A stretch of 64,000 bases of DNA from an uncultured archaeon (GTDB lineage Archaea; Thermoproteota; Nitrososphaeria_A; Caldarchaeales; Wolframiiraptoraceae), in the NCBI GenBank assembly GCA_938083505.1, contig CALKCF010000002.1, forward strand, positions 128,001 through 192,000, given 5' to 3'. Below, one piece after another: positions 41,459 to 51,588 of this stretch. Under the pieces are notes generated by a model, which had not been told where the DNA came from, searched no databases, and saw only the letters and a list, made by a program, of their open reading frames with translations. The position numbers and the translations under genes were made by a program. Numbering within the stretch: position 1 is the first letter of the stretch; every line of letters starts with the position of its first letter.

Positions 41459-41692
41459 CCAAATGAGGAAATATGCTGCTAGACCTGTTATGTATGGTTT
41501 CTTAGTTTTCAAATAATCCCTCTGCGCCCTGAAGACAAATGGTGATAACACACTATACACCACGTAAATAAACACGGCGACCATTATGGCGATCATGGAT
41601 GTGGGTTCGTGTAACCTTAAAAAAGCTGAGAAGAAGCCTACAAAGATTCCTAAGAAGACTTTAGACCAGTATAACTTATCTTCGAGCTTCAT
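41417..41692 (-). CDS. EMC6/Rab5ip-like 3-TM membrane protein
   Basis: KLYWSKVFLGIFVG...GLAAYFLIWLVSWILFYN. Confidence 0.65.
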   Translation of the reverse strand: MKLEDKLYWSKVFLGIFVGFFSAFLRLHEPTSMIAIMVAVFIYVVYSVLSPFVFRAQRDYLKTKKPYITGLAAYFLIWLVSWILFYNILFG

Positions 41693-41706
41693 CGCCTCAA
41701 ACCTCG

Positions 41707-43647
41707 GTGGGTTTTATGGAAATATCAGCTCTTGAACTTTCCGTTCTGCTTAATGAGATATCGAATACCCTGCTTGGGTATATAGTGGATAACGTGTATC
41801 AGCTTGATGATGGGAGTATCATTATTAAGCTAAGGGGTAAAGAAGGTAATTATGAGCTTAGGTTATCAGCTGGCAAGTGTCTGTACTTCACACCCCATAC
41901 ATATCCAAAACCGAAGACACCAACAAGTCTCAGCATGAAGCTCAGAAGGTTCCTAAACGGGAGTCGACTCAAGTATTTGGAGCAGATAGACAATGAAAGG
42001 ATTGCCGTCCTAGGTTTTGAGCGGAACTGTAGTTTAAAGCTGATTGTAGAACTCTTACCCAAGGGAAACTTAGTGCTCACTGATGAAACGAATAAGATTC
42101 TCGTCACACTCTTTCATATTAAGACAAAGGATAGAGAGATAGTAACAGGAAAAAATTACACACCACCACCGCCTAGGTTCTCGCTGACAGCTCGTGTTGA
42201 TGTAAGAGGAGTCGTGATGAACGCTAGCTCCAAAAAGAAGCTGGTATCATGGTTGGCATCCGATTTGGGCCTAGGCGGCAAATATGCTGAGGAGGTGGTT
42301 GCAGTAGCTAACGTTGACAAGAACGCACCTGTAGATACACTTGACGAAAATGGAAGACGTAGAGTTGCTGAAGCTATTGAGCGCGTACTTATTGCATTCA
42401 AAGAACCGAAACCCCACGTAGCTAGGCGTGACGCAAACGTCAGGGCTGTCCCCTTTATCCTGAAGAGTCTAGAACGAGAAGGCTACTCTTTTGAATCAGT
42501 TAATTCATTTAACGAAGCAGTTGCAATAGAGTATGAGGCATTCTTAGTAAGTGAATATGAAAATAGGATTATGAGGAATCTCAAGCAGAAGTTAAAGGAA
42601 ATGCAGGAAAGTTTGGAAGCGAAAAGGGGCGCGATTAAAGAATTGGAGGCAAATATCGAACGCATTAAAGGCGTTGCGGAGAGACTCTTTCTAGTATTGC
42701 ACCGAGCGGAAAGTTTTAGGCAATCAATTAAAGAAGGGAGGACCGAATCTACGCCTGCTCTAAAAATCATCAAAGTAGATAGGGCGAGAGACATGGCAGT
42801 GATTTCTGTTAACGGCATAGAGTTTGAGCTTTTGTTAAGCGAGCCTGTTTCTAGACAGATAGAAAAGATGTTTGAGAAAGTGAAGAGGTTGAAGTTGGCA
42901 AAGGAGAGATTATTGAACGAGATAAGCAAGTTGGAGTCTGAGATTTCAAAGACAATGAGCGAGCTTGAATTAAGAAAACTCTCAGGGATTGAACATGTCA
43001 AACATAAAGTAGGTGAAAAGAAAACATGGCTTGAAAAATTCAGATGGTTTGAGACGTCAGAGGGTTTCTTGACAGTTGCTGGCAAGGATTCGTCTTCCAA
43101 CATCGCATTGCTTAAAAAGTACCTACAACCTGGCGACCTAGTCTTTCATGCAGAAATAATCGGCGCTCCTGTCGTCATATTAAAAGGAGGTAGTAAGGCT
43201 AGTGAGCGCTCGATAGAAGAAGCTGCCCAGTTTGCCGCATCTTATAGTAAAGCATGGCGTGAAGGATTATCGTCTATTAACGTCTATTACGTTAAACCTG
43301 AGCAGGTGTCTTTCTCAGCACCATCTGGAGAATATCTTCCAAAGGGCTCTTTTATGGTTACGGGTAAGAGGAATTACGTTAAGACGGAACTGGCCGTTGC
43401 CTTCGGTCTTCGTAAAAGCGACGGAGTTTACGAATTAATACATGGCCCACCTTCTGCAGTAGCCGCTAAGTCTAAATCCCTTGTTAAAGTAATACCAGGT
43501 AATGAGGCGGCGGGTAGCTTAGCGCTAAAAATAGTTAGTTCGCTGTGCCGGCAGATAGAATGTGAACTGAGTAATGAGGAAAGACGTTCCTTAGCCGCAT
43601 TAATAGCCCAGTTAATACCTTACGGAAAAGGCACCTTACAGAGATGA
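41707..43647 (+). CDS. rqcH: Ribosome quality control RqcH/NEMF (NFACT)
   Basis: DNVYQ, ELLPKGNLVL, WLEKFRWF, AGKD, FHAEIIGAP, SGEYLPKGSF. Confidence 0.92.
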   Translation: MGFMEISALELSVLLNEISNTLLGYIVDNVYQLDDGSIIIKLRGKEGNYELRLSAGKCLYFTPHTYPKPKTPTSLSMKLRRFLNGSRLKYLEQIDNERIAVLGFERNCSLKLIVELLPKGNLVLTDETNKILVTLFHIKTKDREIVTGKNYTPPPPRFSLTARVDVRGVVMNASSKKKLVSWLASDLGLGGKYAEEVVAVANVDKNAPVDTLDENGRRRVAEAIERVLIAFKEPKPHVARRDANVRAVPFILKSLEREGYSFESVNSFNEAVAIEYEAFLVSEYENRIMRNLKQKLKEMQESLEAKRGAIKELEANIERIKGVAERLFLVLHRAESFRQSIKEGRTESTPALKIIKVDRARDMAVISVNGIEFELLLSEPVSRQIEKMFEKVKRLKLAKERLLNEISKLESEISKTMSELELRKLSGIEHVKHKVGEKKTWLEKFRWFETSEGFLTVAGKDSSSNIALLKKYLQPGDLVFHAEIIGAPVVILKGGSKASERSIEEAAQFAASYSKAWREGLSSINVYYVKPEQVSFSAPSGEYLPKGSFMVTGKRNYVKTELAVAFGLRKSDGVYELIHGPPSAVAAKSKSLVKVIPGNEAAGSLALKIVSSLCRQIECELSNEERRSLAALIAQLIPYGKGTLQR

Positions 43648-43694
43648 CAACAAATTTAATATCTAACACCAATCACTAATCATGCAGAGGTCGG

Positions 43695-44282
43695 ATGGTT
43701 AAGCCAATTTCTCTTGCGGAAGAATTAAGGGTAAAGGACATAATGAGTAGCCCTGTGATTGATGCTGATGTTGAAGAGACCGCGGAGGATGTTGCGAACA
43801 AGATGGTACGTTACGACATAGGTAGCGTGGTAGTAACCGAGAAGGGCTTTCCAATCGGGATAATAACGAAAAGAGACTTGGTATATAAAGTCGTTGCGAA
43901 AAACCTGAAACCGAGTGAGGTTAAGGCCAAAGATATAATGAGTAGTCCCATACACGTCGCGAACCCAGACGACCTAATAGACAACGCATTAAGGGAGATG
44001 AATAAGTTGAAGATTGACCATCTCGCGGTCGTTCATAAGGATAAACTTGTGGGCATAATTAGCACAACCGATATCTTGCAGGTAACACCGGAAATACTAG
44101 ACATTGTTAGAGAAAAGATGAGGATGAGTAATGTGAAAGCTGGTAGTGAGACCTACACAGAAGGATTTTGTGACGCTTGTGGTGAATGGTCAGACATGCT
44201 ACTTAGAGTTGACGACCAATACCTATGTGAAGATTGTAGAATGGAACTAGAAAGAAGGGGTGGAAGAGAGTCGGAGGGTTGA
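43695..44282 (+). CDS. CBS-pair protein with C-terminal zinc ribbon
   Basis: Two CBS repeats; CDAC...CEDC. Confidence 0.88.
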   Translation: MVKPISLAEELRVKDIMSSPVIDADVEETAEDVANKMVRYDIGSVVVTEKGFPIGIITKRDLVYKVVAKNLKPSEVKAKDIMSSPIHVANPDDLIDNALREMNKLKIDHLAVVHKDKLVGIISTTDILQVTPEILDIVREKMRMSNVKAGSETYTEGFCDACGEWSDMLLRVDDQYLCEDCRMELERRGGRESEG

Positions 44283-44719
44283 TTCAAGAGAAGAGGTTTT
44301 TGGTTAACTCTATGTTAGGAAGTCTTGTAACTTGGCTTAGAATTCTGGGCTACGATACAAAATACTGGAAAGGGGATGATAAGGAGATGATCGAGATAGC
44401 GAAGAAGGAAGGAAGGATAATTCTAACAAAGGACAAGGGTGTTGTAAGGTCTGCTGAGAGGGGCGGTATACCTGTGCTAAATTTATCGAACTCGAACATA
44501 CCAGAAGCTCTAGCGAAAATTGCTGAAACTTTTGAAATAGATTTGGAATTTGACGGGAATAGAACGCGTTGCCCTATATGTAACACACCGTTAAAGAGTT
44601 ACGATTCCCGTTGGCTTTGCGGTAGGTGTGGAAAGGAGTATTGGATAGGAAGTCACTGGGCTGATATAAGCAAGAAGTTATCAGAGGCAAGAAAGATATA
44701 TTTAAGAAGTAAAAGTTAA
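44279..44719 (+). CDS. Mut7-C RNase (PIN-like) domain protein
   Basis: MLGSLVTWLRILGYD, RIILTKD, RCPICN, CGRCGKEYWIGSHW. Confidence 0.88.
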   Translation: MIQEKRFLVNSMLGSLVTWLRILGYDTKYWKGDDKEMIEIAKKEGRIILTKDKGVVRSAERGGIPVLNLSNSNIPEALAKIAETFEIDLEFDGNRTRCPICNTPLKSYDSRWLCGRCGKEYWIGSHWADISKKLSEARKIYLRSKS

Positions 44720-44769
44720 TGATAACCATGTACTAAAACAAATAATAACAAGCTCTTTAACATTATGTT

Positions 44770-45393
44770 TTGATGAGTTTGCTGAGTTTGGATGAGGGTG
44801 TAAAGCTCGTAAAGCTTGCAAGGACCGCGATACAAGGATATTTAAAACATGGTAAAATACACATGGTAGCTGACGAAGGTGGAATTCCGACAAAGAAAAC
44901 AGGGGTGTTCGTCTCGCTTTACACATACCCCGAATGTGAGCTTAGGGGCTGTATAGGCTTTCCTTTACCGGTGATGAGTCTTCCAGAGGCCACGGTGAAG
45001 GCTGCGATCGCCGCGGCGACTGAAGACCCCAGATTTCCACCCGTAGAGCCCGCCGAGATTGATAGAATTGTAATAGAGGTGAGCGTGCTAAGCGTTCCGG
45101 AGAAGATAGAATTTACGGATCCAAAAGAGTTGCCGTCTAAGATTATCATAGGAAGGGACGGTTTGATGATAAAGAGCAGTCGAGGTTCTGGATTACTTCT
45201 TCCCCAAGTGCCAGTGGAATATGGATGGGATTCTGAAGAGTTTCTGTGTCACCTTTGCATGAAGGCAGGTCTGCCAGCTACTTATTGGCTGACCGGAAAG
45301 TTTGATATTTATAGATTCACTGCCGAGATATTCGCTGAAGAGAGTCCAGGAGGGAAAGTTATCAAGAAAGAGCTGAAGGGTTGTGAAGTTTGA
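44770..45393 (+). CDS. AMMECR1 family protein
   Basis: GVFVSL, LRGCIG, DPRFPP, GLLLPQV, KAGL. Confidence 0.93.
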   Translation: MMSLLSLDEGVKLVKLARTAIQGYLKHGKIHMVADEGGIPTKKTGVFVSLYTYPECELRGCIGFPLPVMSLPEATVKAAIAAATEDPRFPPVEPAEIDRIVIEVSVLSVPEKIEFTDPKELPSKIIIGRDGLMIKSSRGSGLLLPQVPVEYGWDSEEFLCHLCMKAGLPATYWLTGKFDIYRFTAEIFAEESPGGKVIKKELKGCEV

Positions 45394-46553
45394 GGGCGTA
45401 CTTTGGTGTCTGCGGAATTGGCATGGGTCATGCAGCCAGGAGCTCGCTTCTCATTAGATCGTTAGTTAAAAATAGATGGGAAGTTGCAGTTTCGTGCTAC
45501 GGCGACGGTGTAGAATACTTCGAGGCTCTTGGCATCCCTGTTAATAAGATCAACCCAGTATCTTATGGTGTCCTTCCGGATGGTAAAGTCAGCATAAAGA
45601 TGACTATATTTAAAAATCTTAACCTTCCGCTCAAGGTATCATTCCAGACTGCAAGAGAAGTTTCCAACATATCTTGTTTTAATCCTTCCGTTGTTATATC
45701 CGACACTAGGATATCAACAATCATAGCTGCAAAGTTGTTGGGCTACCCTGTCATGCTTATACTCAACCAATTTAATGTATTGGTGGAATACCACAAGTAT
45801 AAAACACTAGTTGAACTCGTCGAAGGTGGTGCGCAAATCGTCACCAAGTTTTGGGAGATGGCAGACAGGATCGTGATATCGGATTTTCCACCACCTTACA
45901 CTATATCGCGAGCTAACCTTCTGCTGAGTGATGTCGCAAAGTCGAAGAGTACATTCATAGGTCCGTTATTCGATACATCGGGGCAAAACCTGTTAACGAA
46001 AGAAGAGGTCTGTAAGAAATACAGAATTCCACCGGAGAAGCCGTTGATTTTTGCACATATTAGTGGACCGGTACTTGAGAAGCTCACACTTGCTGAAAAA
46101 CTTGTTAAAATTGTTAGAAAACTTGACAAATACTTCTTTGTCATAACACTCGCAGAGCCAAAGGCATCTAACGTAAAAAGAGAGAAAAACATTCTACTCA
46201 TGAATTGGGTCGAAAATCCTGACGAACTTTACAATGTATCCGATGTGGTCATATCGAGATCAGGGCATGGAAGCATTACGAAGGCGCTAGCGTTCGGAAA
46301 GCCCATGGTATTAATACCCATAAGGGCTCATGGTGAGCAGAAGTCAAACGCCGAATCGGTTGCAAAACATGGTGCTGGTATATTAATTGATGAAGATGAA
46401 TTAGACGAGAGTGTCCTTGAAAGTGCATTAGATAGAATTCTTAACGAGGATGCGTACTTAAAGATTGCCCTTTCTTTCAAGAGGTTGATGGAAAGGCTGG
46501 ACCCCGTAAACGTCACAATCTCGATGATTGAGAAATTAGCGCATAAACCTTAA
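45390..46553 (+). CDS. GT-B glycosyltransferase (GT28/MJ1255-like)
   Basis: GIGMGHAAR, ISRSGHGS, HGEQKSNA. Confidence 0.85.
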   Translation: MRAYFGVCGIGMGHAARSSLLIRSLVKNRWEVAVSCYGDGVEYFEALGIPVNKINPVSYGVLPDGKVSIKMTIFKNLNLPLKVSFQTAREVSNISCFNPSVVISDTRISTIIAAKLLGYPVMLILNQFNVLVEYHKYKTLVELVEGGAQIVTKFWEMADRIVISDFPPPYTISRANLLLSDVAKSKSTFIGPLFDTSGQNLLTKEEVCKKYRIPPEKPLIFAHISGPVLEKLTLAEKLVKIVRKLDKYFFVITLAEPKASNVKREKNILLMNWVENPDELYNVSDVVISRSGHGSITKALAFGKPMVLIPIRAHGEQKSNAESVAKHGAGILIDEDELDESVLESALDRILNEDAYLKIALSFKRLMERLDPVNVTISMIEKLAHKP

Positions 46554-47096
46554 CCACTCAACAAGCAGTCTGAGAGATTTCCCTCTATGTGATACTGCGT
46601 TCTTCTCTTCAGTAGTCATCTCGGCGAAGGTCTTCCCATAACCTTCTTCTGGCACAAATATAGGGTCAAAGCCGAAACCACTCGACCCTTTAGGTTCATG
46701 AGAAATTTTTCCAATGCATACACCGCTGAAAAGTGAAGGGGGTTCTCCGGATATCTTGCATGCTATGCATGACTTAAAGAACGCTGCCCTATTTTCTTTT
46801 TCCTCCATCAGCTTCAGTATGCCGGTGACACCTATCGTTCTATAGACGTAAGACGAGTAAGGTCCCGGGAAACCGTTTAGGCATTCAATGAAAAGACCGG
46901 CGTCCTCAACGAACACCGGCTTCTTTAAAACCCCATAAGCCTCTTCGCAGCTCCTCATCGCTATTTCCTCAAGATTGTCGGATTGTATCTCGGTAAGCTT
47001 TATTGCACACACATCTATCTCAATACCAAAAGTTTTCAGCAGGTTCCTGACCTCATTAGCCTTCCCTCTGTTTGTTGTCACGAAGGTTAACCTCAA
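46536..47096 (-). CDS. rdgB: XTP/dITP diphosphatase (Ham1)
   Basis: TTNRGK, EDAGL, FPGPYS, GFGFDPIF, KNAVSHR. Confidence 0.95.
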   Translation of the reverse strand: MRLTFVTTNRGKANEVRNLLKTFGIEIDVCAIKLTEIQSDNLEEIAMRSCEEAYGVLKKPVFVEDAGLFIECLNGFPGPYSSYVYRTIGVTGILKLMEEKENRAAFFKSCIACKISGEPPSLFSGVCIGKISHEPKGSSGFGFDPIFVPEEGYGKTFAEMTTEEKNAVSHRGKSLRLLVEWLRFMR

Positions 47097-47773
47097 CGCT
47101 TCCTCGTCCCCCTCTCCACGTATCTTCCTCTCGATTTTATTTCCTTAACTTTTTCCAAGACTTCGTGTATCATGTCACCTAAAACTGTCTTGTAACCTTC
47201 TAAGAAATGCTGCATGAACCTATCCCTTACGCCGTAATGGGTGCTTTGAAGAGACCTGTCAAGTAGGTGGATGTCGACGGCAAACTCCTCGATGTCCTTA
47301 GTGAAAGTGGCCAAGCCGAAGTCAATGAGGTAGGGATTCATTTGCTCGTCAACTATCACATTAGAGAGCGTTAGGTCACCATGTGCTATACCACCGTTGT
47401 GCAGCATACCTGTAAGAACGCCAACTTGTCTTGCAAGCAGCGATAGAGCTTCTTGGTTTAAGTTCCCTATGATGTTCCTCGCCTCTACGCCGCGTATCCT
47501 TTGCATGTATATCGTCGCGTCTTCTAGATCCACGAGGATTACCACCGGACATGCCACACCATGCTTTTTGGCCTCGGAGATTATTCTTGCCTCGGAGGCT
47601 GTCCTTTGCATCCTTATCTCTTTGTCAAGTAATGGGTGCCTGTAAATTTTGGGTATCCTCCTCTTAGCCACGAGTTCTATACCGTTCCAGTTCAACGTAT
47701 ATATCGTTGCCTCAGCACCAAGTCTTATAATCGCCGTAGGTTCCCCTAATCTCAACAACCCAGCATCACTCAA
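47093..47773 (-). CDS. bud32: KEOPS kinase Bud32
   Basis: GAEA, KIYRHP, HGDLT, IDFGL, RGRY. Confidence 0.93.
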   Translation of the reverse strand: MSDAGLLRLGEPTAIIRLGAEATIYTLNWNGIELVAKRRIPKIYRHPLLDKEIRMQRTASEARIISEAKKHGVACPVVILVDLEDATIYMQRIRGVEARNIIGNLNQEALSLLARQVGVLTGMLHNGGIAHGDLTLSNVIVDEQMNPYLIDFGLATFTKDIEEFAVDIHLLDRSLQSTHYGVRDRFMQHFLEGYKTVLGDMIHEVLEKVKEIKSRGRYVERGTRKR

Positions 47774-48758
47774 ACCATCTGACTTCTATCTCATCTATCC
47801 TTATCCTAGGCTTAATCCTGCTGTCCTCAACGTCAACCGTCATGCCAGACATGAGTTGCAGGACACCGTTCCAAGCTATCATCGCACCGTTATCTCCGGC
47901 ATACTCATCGGATATTGTGTAAACTTTGGCTCCGCGTTCCTTTGCCATGATCTCGAGCATACTCTTTAGTCTTTTGCTCCTTGCAAGACCACCGACCACA
48001 AGTATCTCATTTTTTGCAGTATAGGCAACGGCCCTCTCGGTCACCTCGGTCAGCATGCTGTACACAGTTTCTGTCAAACCATAGCACACGTCTTCCAGCG
48101 CGACTCCTTGCTTAAGCTTCAAAAGGGCAGCAGTCAGCAGACCTGAGAAGGATACATCCATACCCTTAACAGTGTAGGGAAGTTGGACGAACGACTTTGC
48201 TCTTTCAGCTACAAGTTCTGGTATCGGCATGGGCCCTATGCCTGCTTTTATGCCGAAAGTGTCGAGACAGTTACCAGCCGCTATGTCCAACGTTTCACCG
48301 AATATCCTGTACCTTCCCGCGTTAAATGCAGCTATCAACGTGTTACCACCGGCCACGTAAAGGACCACTGGATCTCTGCAACCTGTGACCAATCTTCCAA
48401 TCTCAATATGGGCAACGCCGTGATTCACCGCTATGAGAGGCTTATTAAGGCTAAGGGCAAGCGTCCTGGCAATTGTTGCGCCGGTCCTTAAGCAAGGGCC
48501 GAGACCGGGACCGACAGAGAACGCTATGCCGTCTAACTCACCAAGAGAGATCCCTGCTTTTGATATACCAGCTCTAAGGGTCTCAGGAGCTACGCGTGTG
48601 TGGTGCTGCGCCGCCTCCCTCGGATGTATGCCACCTTTGGAAGGCCTATAGACCCTATTCTCGTTAGCCAATATCCGGCCGTCTGACGAGGCTATACCAA
48701 CGCCGAAAGTGTGTGCTGTAGATTCTATACCTAGGACTATTTTCTTGTCGCCCTTCAA
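47766..48758 (-). CDS. kae1: KEOPS t6A transferase Kae1 (true start ~48758; upstream ORF extension is antisense to infB)
   Basis: LGIESTAHT, GIHPRE, GPGLGPCL, HGVAHIE, DNGAMIA. Confidence 0.94.
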   Translation of the reverse strand: MKGDKKIVLGIESTAHTFGVGIASSDGRILANENRVYRPSKGGIHPREAAQHHTRVAPETLRAGISKAGISLGELDGIAFSVGPGLGPCLRTGATIARTLALSLNKPLIAVNHGVAHIEIGRLVTGCRDPVVLYVAGGNTLIAAFNAGRYRIFGETLDIAAGNCLDTFGIKAGIGPMPIPELVAERAKSFVQLPYTVKGMDVSFSGLLTAALLKLKQGVALEDVCYGLTETVYSMLTEVTERAVAYTAKNEILVVGGLARSKRLKSMLEIMAKERGAKVYTISDEYAGDNGAMIAWNGVLQLMSGMTVDVEDSRIKPRIRIDEIEVRWFE

Positions 48759-48876
48759 CCCACTTCTGGGAGAGATAATGGCTAAGATGTTTATCATCCT
48801 TATGAGCATCCAAACGACCAAAAGGGCAAAAAGACCCATTAAATGGTAGACAGGGATAAATCGTTGTAGACAGGAC

Positions 48877-50652
48877 ATGCGGCTGAGGCAGCCGATAGTA
48901 GTTGTGTTGGGACACGTTGACCATGGTAAGACAAGTCTACTTGATAAAATGAGGGGCACGCTGGTGGCGGCAAGGGAGGCTGGCGGGATAACACAACACA
49001 TAGGCGCAAGCCTCTTTCCGCTCGACGCGATAATTTCGACGTGTAAAGCGCTACTCGGAGAGATTAAGGTACAGCTGAAGGTTCCGGGCTTGCTCTTCGT
49101 TGACACACCAGGCCATGCGGCCTTTGCCAACTTGAGGAAAAGGGGGGGTTCAATAGCCGACTTAGCAATACTAGTCGTGGACGTGATGAAGGGAATACAG
49201 GAGCAGACACTTGAAAGTTTGGAACTGCTCAAGGTGAGGAAGACACCATTCGTCGTGGCCGTGAACAAGATCGACTTGATACCAGGCTGGAAGTCTGTCG
49301 AGTACGAGCCCTTCCCTAAAGCATTCCAGAGACAGGGTCAAGCCGTGAAGGACGAGCTCGAACGAAGGCTCTACATGATGATCGGCGAGTTTGCAAGTCT
49401 TGGCTTTAGGGCGGACGTCTACACTAGGATTACATCATTCGCTACCACAGTCGCTATGGTCCCGGTGAGTGCTAAGAGCGGCGAGGGTACACCGGACTTA
49501 CTTCTCGTACTTTTAGGACTTGCTCAAGCGTTCATGAAAGACCAGCTTATCCTCCATGAGGATGCACCAGCAGAGGGGGTTGTGTTAGAGATAACAGAAG
49601 AGGAGGGGCTCGGTACAACAGTCAATGCAATAATATACGATGGTGTACTGAAGGTTGGTGACAGAATAGCTCTGCTCGGTCCAGCCGGTGCATTTACAAC
49701 AAAAGTAAAAGCCATATTGATGCCGAAACCTCTCGATGAAATGCGAGACCCGAAGGATAGGTTCAAACCGATAGAGCGCGTCTTAGCCGCCGCTGGTTTA
49801 AAACTTGTGGCTGAGAAGTTGGACAAAACGTACCCGGGCTCGCCCATATATGCGATCGGTCGGAATGAAAAAGAGATACTTGAAAGAATTACAAAAGAAG
49901 TGAGTGAGTTTAAGCTCTTTACAGACAAAGTGGGCATCGTGCTCAAGGCTGACACGCTTGGCTCACTTGAAGCGGCTGTTAACTTTCTCCATGAAAGAGG
50001 AGTGCAGATAAGAGTTGCTGACATAGGTGAGTTATCAAAAAGGGATATAGTCGAAGCGGAAGTTGTCAGGACTAAGGATGAGCTATGCGGTGTTATTTTA
50101 GCGTTTAACGTTAAGGTCGACCCGGATCTTGAGCGTGAAGCCAACAGTAGAGGTATCAGAATCTTCAAATCAAATGTTCTCTTTAGACTTGTGGAAGAAT
50201 ATATGAATTGGGTGAGACAGGAGAAAGATAGGAGAGAGGCCATACAGTTCGAGTCTATCACGAAGCCTGGTAAGATAAGGATACTTCCGGGCTATGTGTT
50301 CAGGAGAAGCAACCCGGCCATAGTGGGTGTGGAAGTCTTAGGTGGAAGGATTAGACCAAAATATGCGTTAATGAATTCTGATGGCAAGCACGTTGCTACG
50401 ATATCACAAATACAGGACAGGGGTCAGAGCATACCTGAGGCCACAGTTGGCATGAGTGTCGCCATCTCTATGAAGGAACCTACCGTTGGAAGACATGTGA
50501 AAGAAGGGGAGATACTTTACACAGTAATACCGGAAAACGAGGCGCGATTGCTCTTCAAGTCTTTTGCCAGTAGATTAACAGAAGACGAGAGGGCAGTACT
50601 CGACGAGATAGCCCAGATAATCAGGAAGAGCAACCCCCTTTGGGCCAGATAG
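48877..50652 (+). CDS. infB: Translation initiation factor aIF5B (IF-2)
   Basis: GHVDHGKT, DTPGH, NKID, KADTLGSLEA, FRRSNPAIVG. Confidence 0.97.
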   Translation: MRLRQPIVVVLGHVDHGKTSLLDKMRGTLVAAREAGGITQHIGASLFPLDAIISTCKALLGEIKVQLKVPGLLFVDTPGHAAFANLRKRGGSIADLAILVVDVMKGIQEQTLESLELLKVRKTPFVVAVNKIDLIPGWKSVEYEPFPKAFQRQGQAVKDELERRLYMMIGEFASLGFRADVYTRITSFATTVAMVPVSAKSGEGTPDLLLVLLGLAQAFMKDQLILHEDAPAEGVVLEITEEEGLGTTVNAIIYDGVLKVGDRIALLGPAGAFTTKVKAILMPKPLDEMRDPKDRFKPIERVLAAAGLKLVAEKLDKTYPGSPIYAIGRNEKEILERITKEVSEFKLFTDKVGIVLKADTLGSLEAAVNFLHERGVQIRVADIGELSKRDIVEAEVVRTKDELCGVILAFNVKVDPDLEREANSRGIRIFKSNVLFRLVEEYMNWVRQEKDRREAIQFESITKPGKIRILPGYVFRRSNPAIVGVEVLGGRIRPKYALMNSDGKHVATISQIQDRGQSIPEATVGMSVAISMKEPTVGRHVKEGEILYTVIPENEARLLFKSFASRLTEDERAVLDEIAQIIRKSNPLWAR

Positions 50653-50706
50653 TTGAGACTTATTAAGAACCTATTAATTAACGAGTATAAACCTGGAGGT
50701 GCTTCA

Positions 50707-51117
50707 TTGTCGGAGAAGAAAGCCGGTCCTAGGCTCGTCCTGTCCGACCCGTCTACGGGTAAGGCGCAAACGCTTCAACTAATGCCGCAACAGTTTTCGC
50801 TATTCATAGGGAAGAAAATAGGCGATGAGTTAGATGGCTCGATACTTGGAAAGTCCGGCTTCAAAATCAGGATAACAGGCGGTACGGACGTAGACGGCTT
50901 TCCTATGAGACCGGATGTGAGCGGCCCGAGAAAAGTGAGGCTGCTCCTTTCTGGAGGAGTTGGCTTCCATCCAAGGGAAAAGCCGCCTTCTAAAAAGAAG
51001 AAGAAAAGGAATAGAAGGAAGAAGGGGGGGCTTAGAAAAAGGGTGACGGTGAGGGGGAACATGATAAGCGATGCAATCGCACAAATAAACGCCGTCTTAA
51101 TACCTGCAAGTGGGTGA
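50707..51117 (+). CDS. rps6e: 30S ribosomal protein S6e
   Basis: ITGGTDVDGFPMRPDV, RKRVTVRGN; TTG after GGAGGTG. Confidence 0.95.
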   Translation: MSEKKAGPRLVLSDPSTGKAQTLQLMPQQFSLFIGKKIGDELDGSILGKSGFKIRITGGTDVDGFPMRPDVSGPRKVRLLLSGGVGFHPREKPPSKKKKKRNRRKKGGLRKRVTVRGNMISDAIAQINAVLIPASG

Positions 51118-51422
51118 TTCTCGTGATTAAGTTATCAATAGTTTCAGAATTTTACAACAAGTTGCTCCACCGGAAGGACATCAAGATGTTAGTAGATTAT
51201 GATGGAGCAACACCTAAGAAGACTGAGTTGTTGAAGCTCATAGCTGATCACCTTAAAATACCGGATGACAGGATAGCAATCGTTAAAATGGAGAACCTTT
51301 TTGGACAGCACAGGCTTGCAGTGCACTGTCACATCTACGACACGGCAGAAGACATGAAAAAGTATGAGAGGGAGTATGTTTTAAAAAGGCAGGAGGTGGA
51401 AGTTTCTGGGAAGACAGGCTAA
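51114..51422 (+). CDS. rps24e: 30S ribosomal protein S24e
   Basis: NKLLHRK, GATP, FG, IYD..E..YVLKR. Confidence 0.9.
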   Translation: MILVIKLSIVSEFYNKLLHRKDIKMLVDYDGATPKKTELLKLIADHLKIPDDRIAIVKMENLFGQHRLAVHCHIYDTAEDMKKYEREYVLKRQEVEVSGKTG

Positions 51423-51588
51423 GCTCTGGGCAAAGTACAAAATTGATGGTGGTAATCTGATGAGGAACATCTTATTCTGTCCAAGGTGCGGAATAGGTTA
51501 CATCATGGCAGAGCATGCTGATAGGTACACCTGCGGTAATTGTCACTATACGGAGTTTAAGAGCAAGGACGAGGCGAAGAAAGCCTAA
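51406..51588 (+). CDS. rps27ae: 30S ribosomal protein S27ae (missed by ORF track; CTG start)
   Basis: FCPRCGIGYIMAEHADRYTCGNCHYTEF; GGAGGTG 7 nt before CTG. Confidence 0.92.
   Translation: MGRQAKLWAKYKIDGGNLMRNILFCPRCGIGYIMAEHADRYTCGNCHYTEFKSKDEAKKA

Noticed and set aside
48759-49268. 170-aa N-terminal extension of Kae1
   Set aside because: Antisense overlap with infB; Kae1 homology starts at ~48758
42483-50261. Long antisense ORFs (42483-43103, 49524-50261 and similar)
   Set aside because: Mirror frames of rqcH and infB with no motifs
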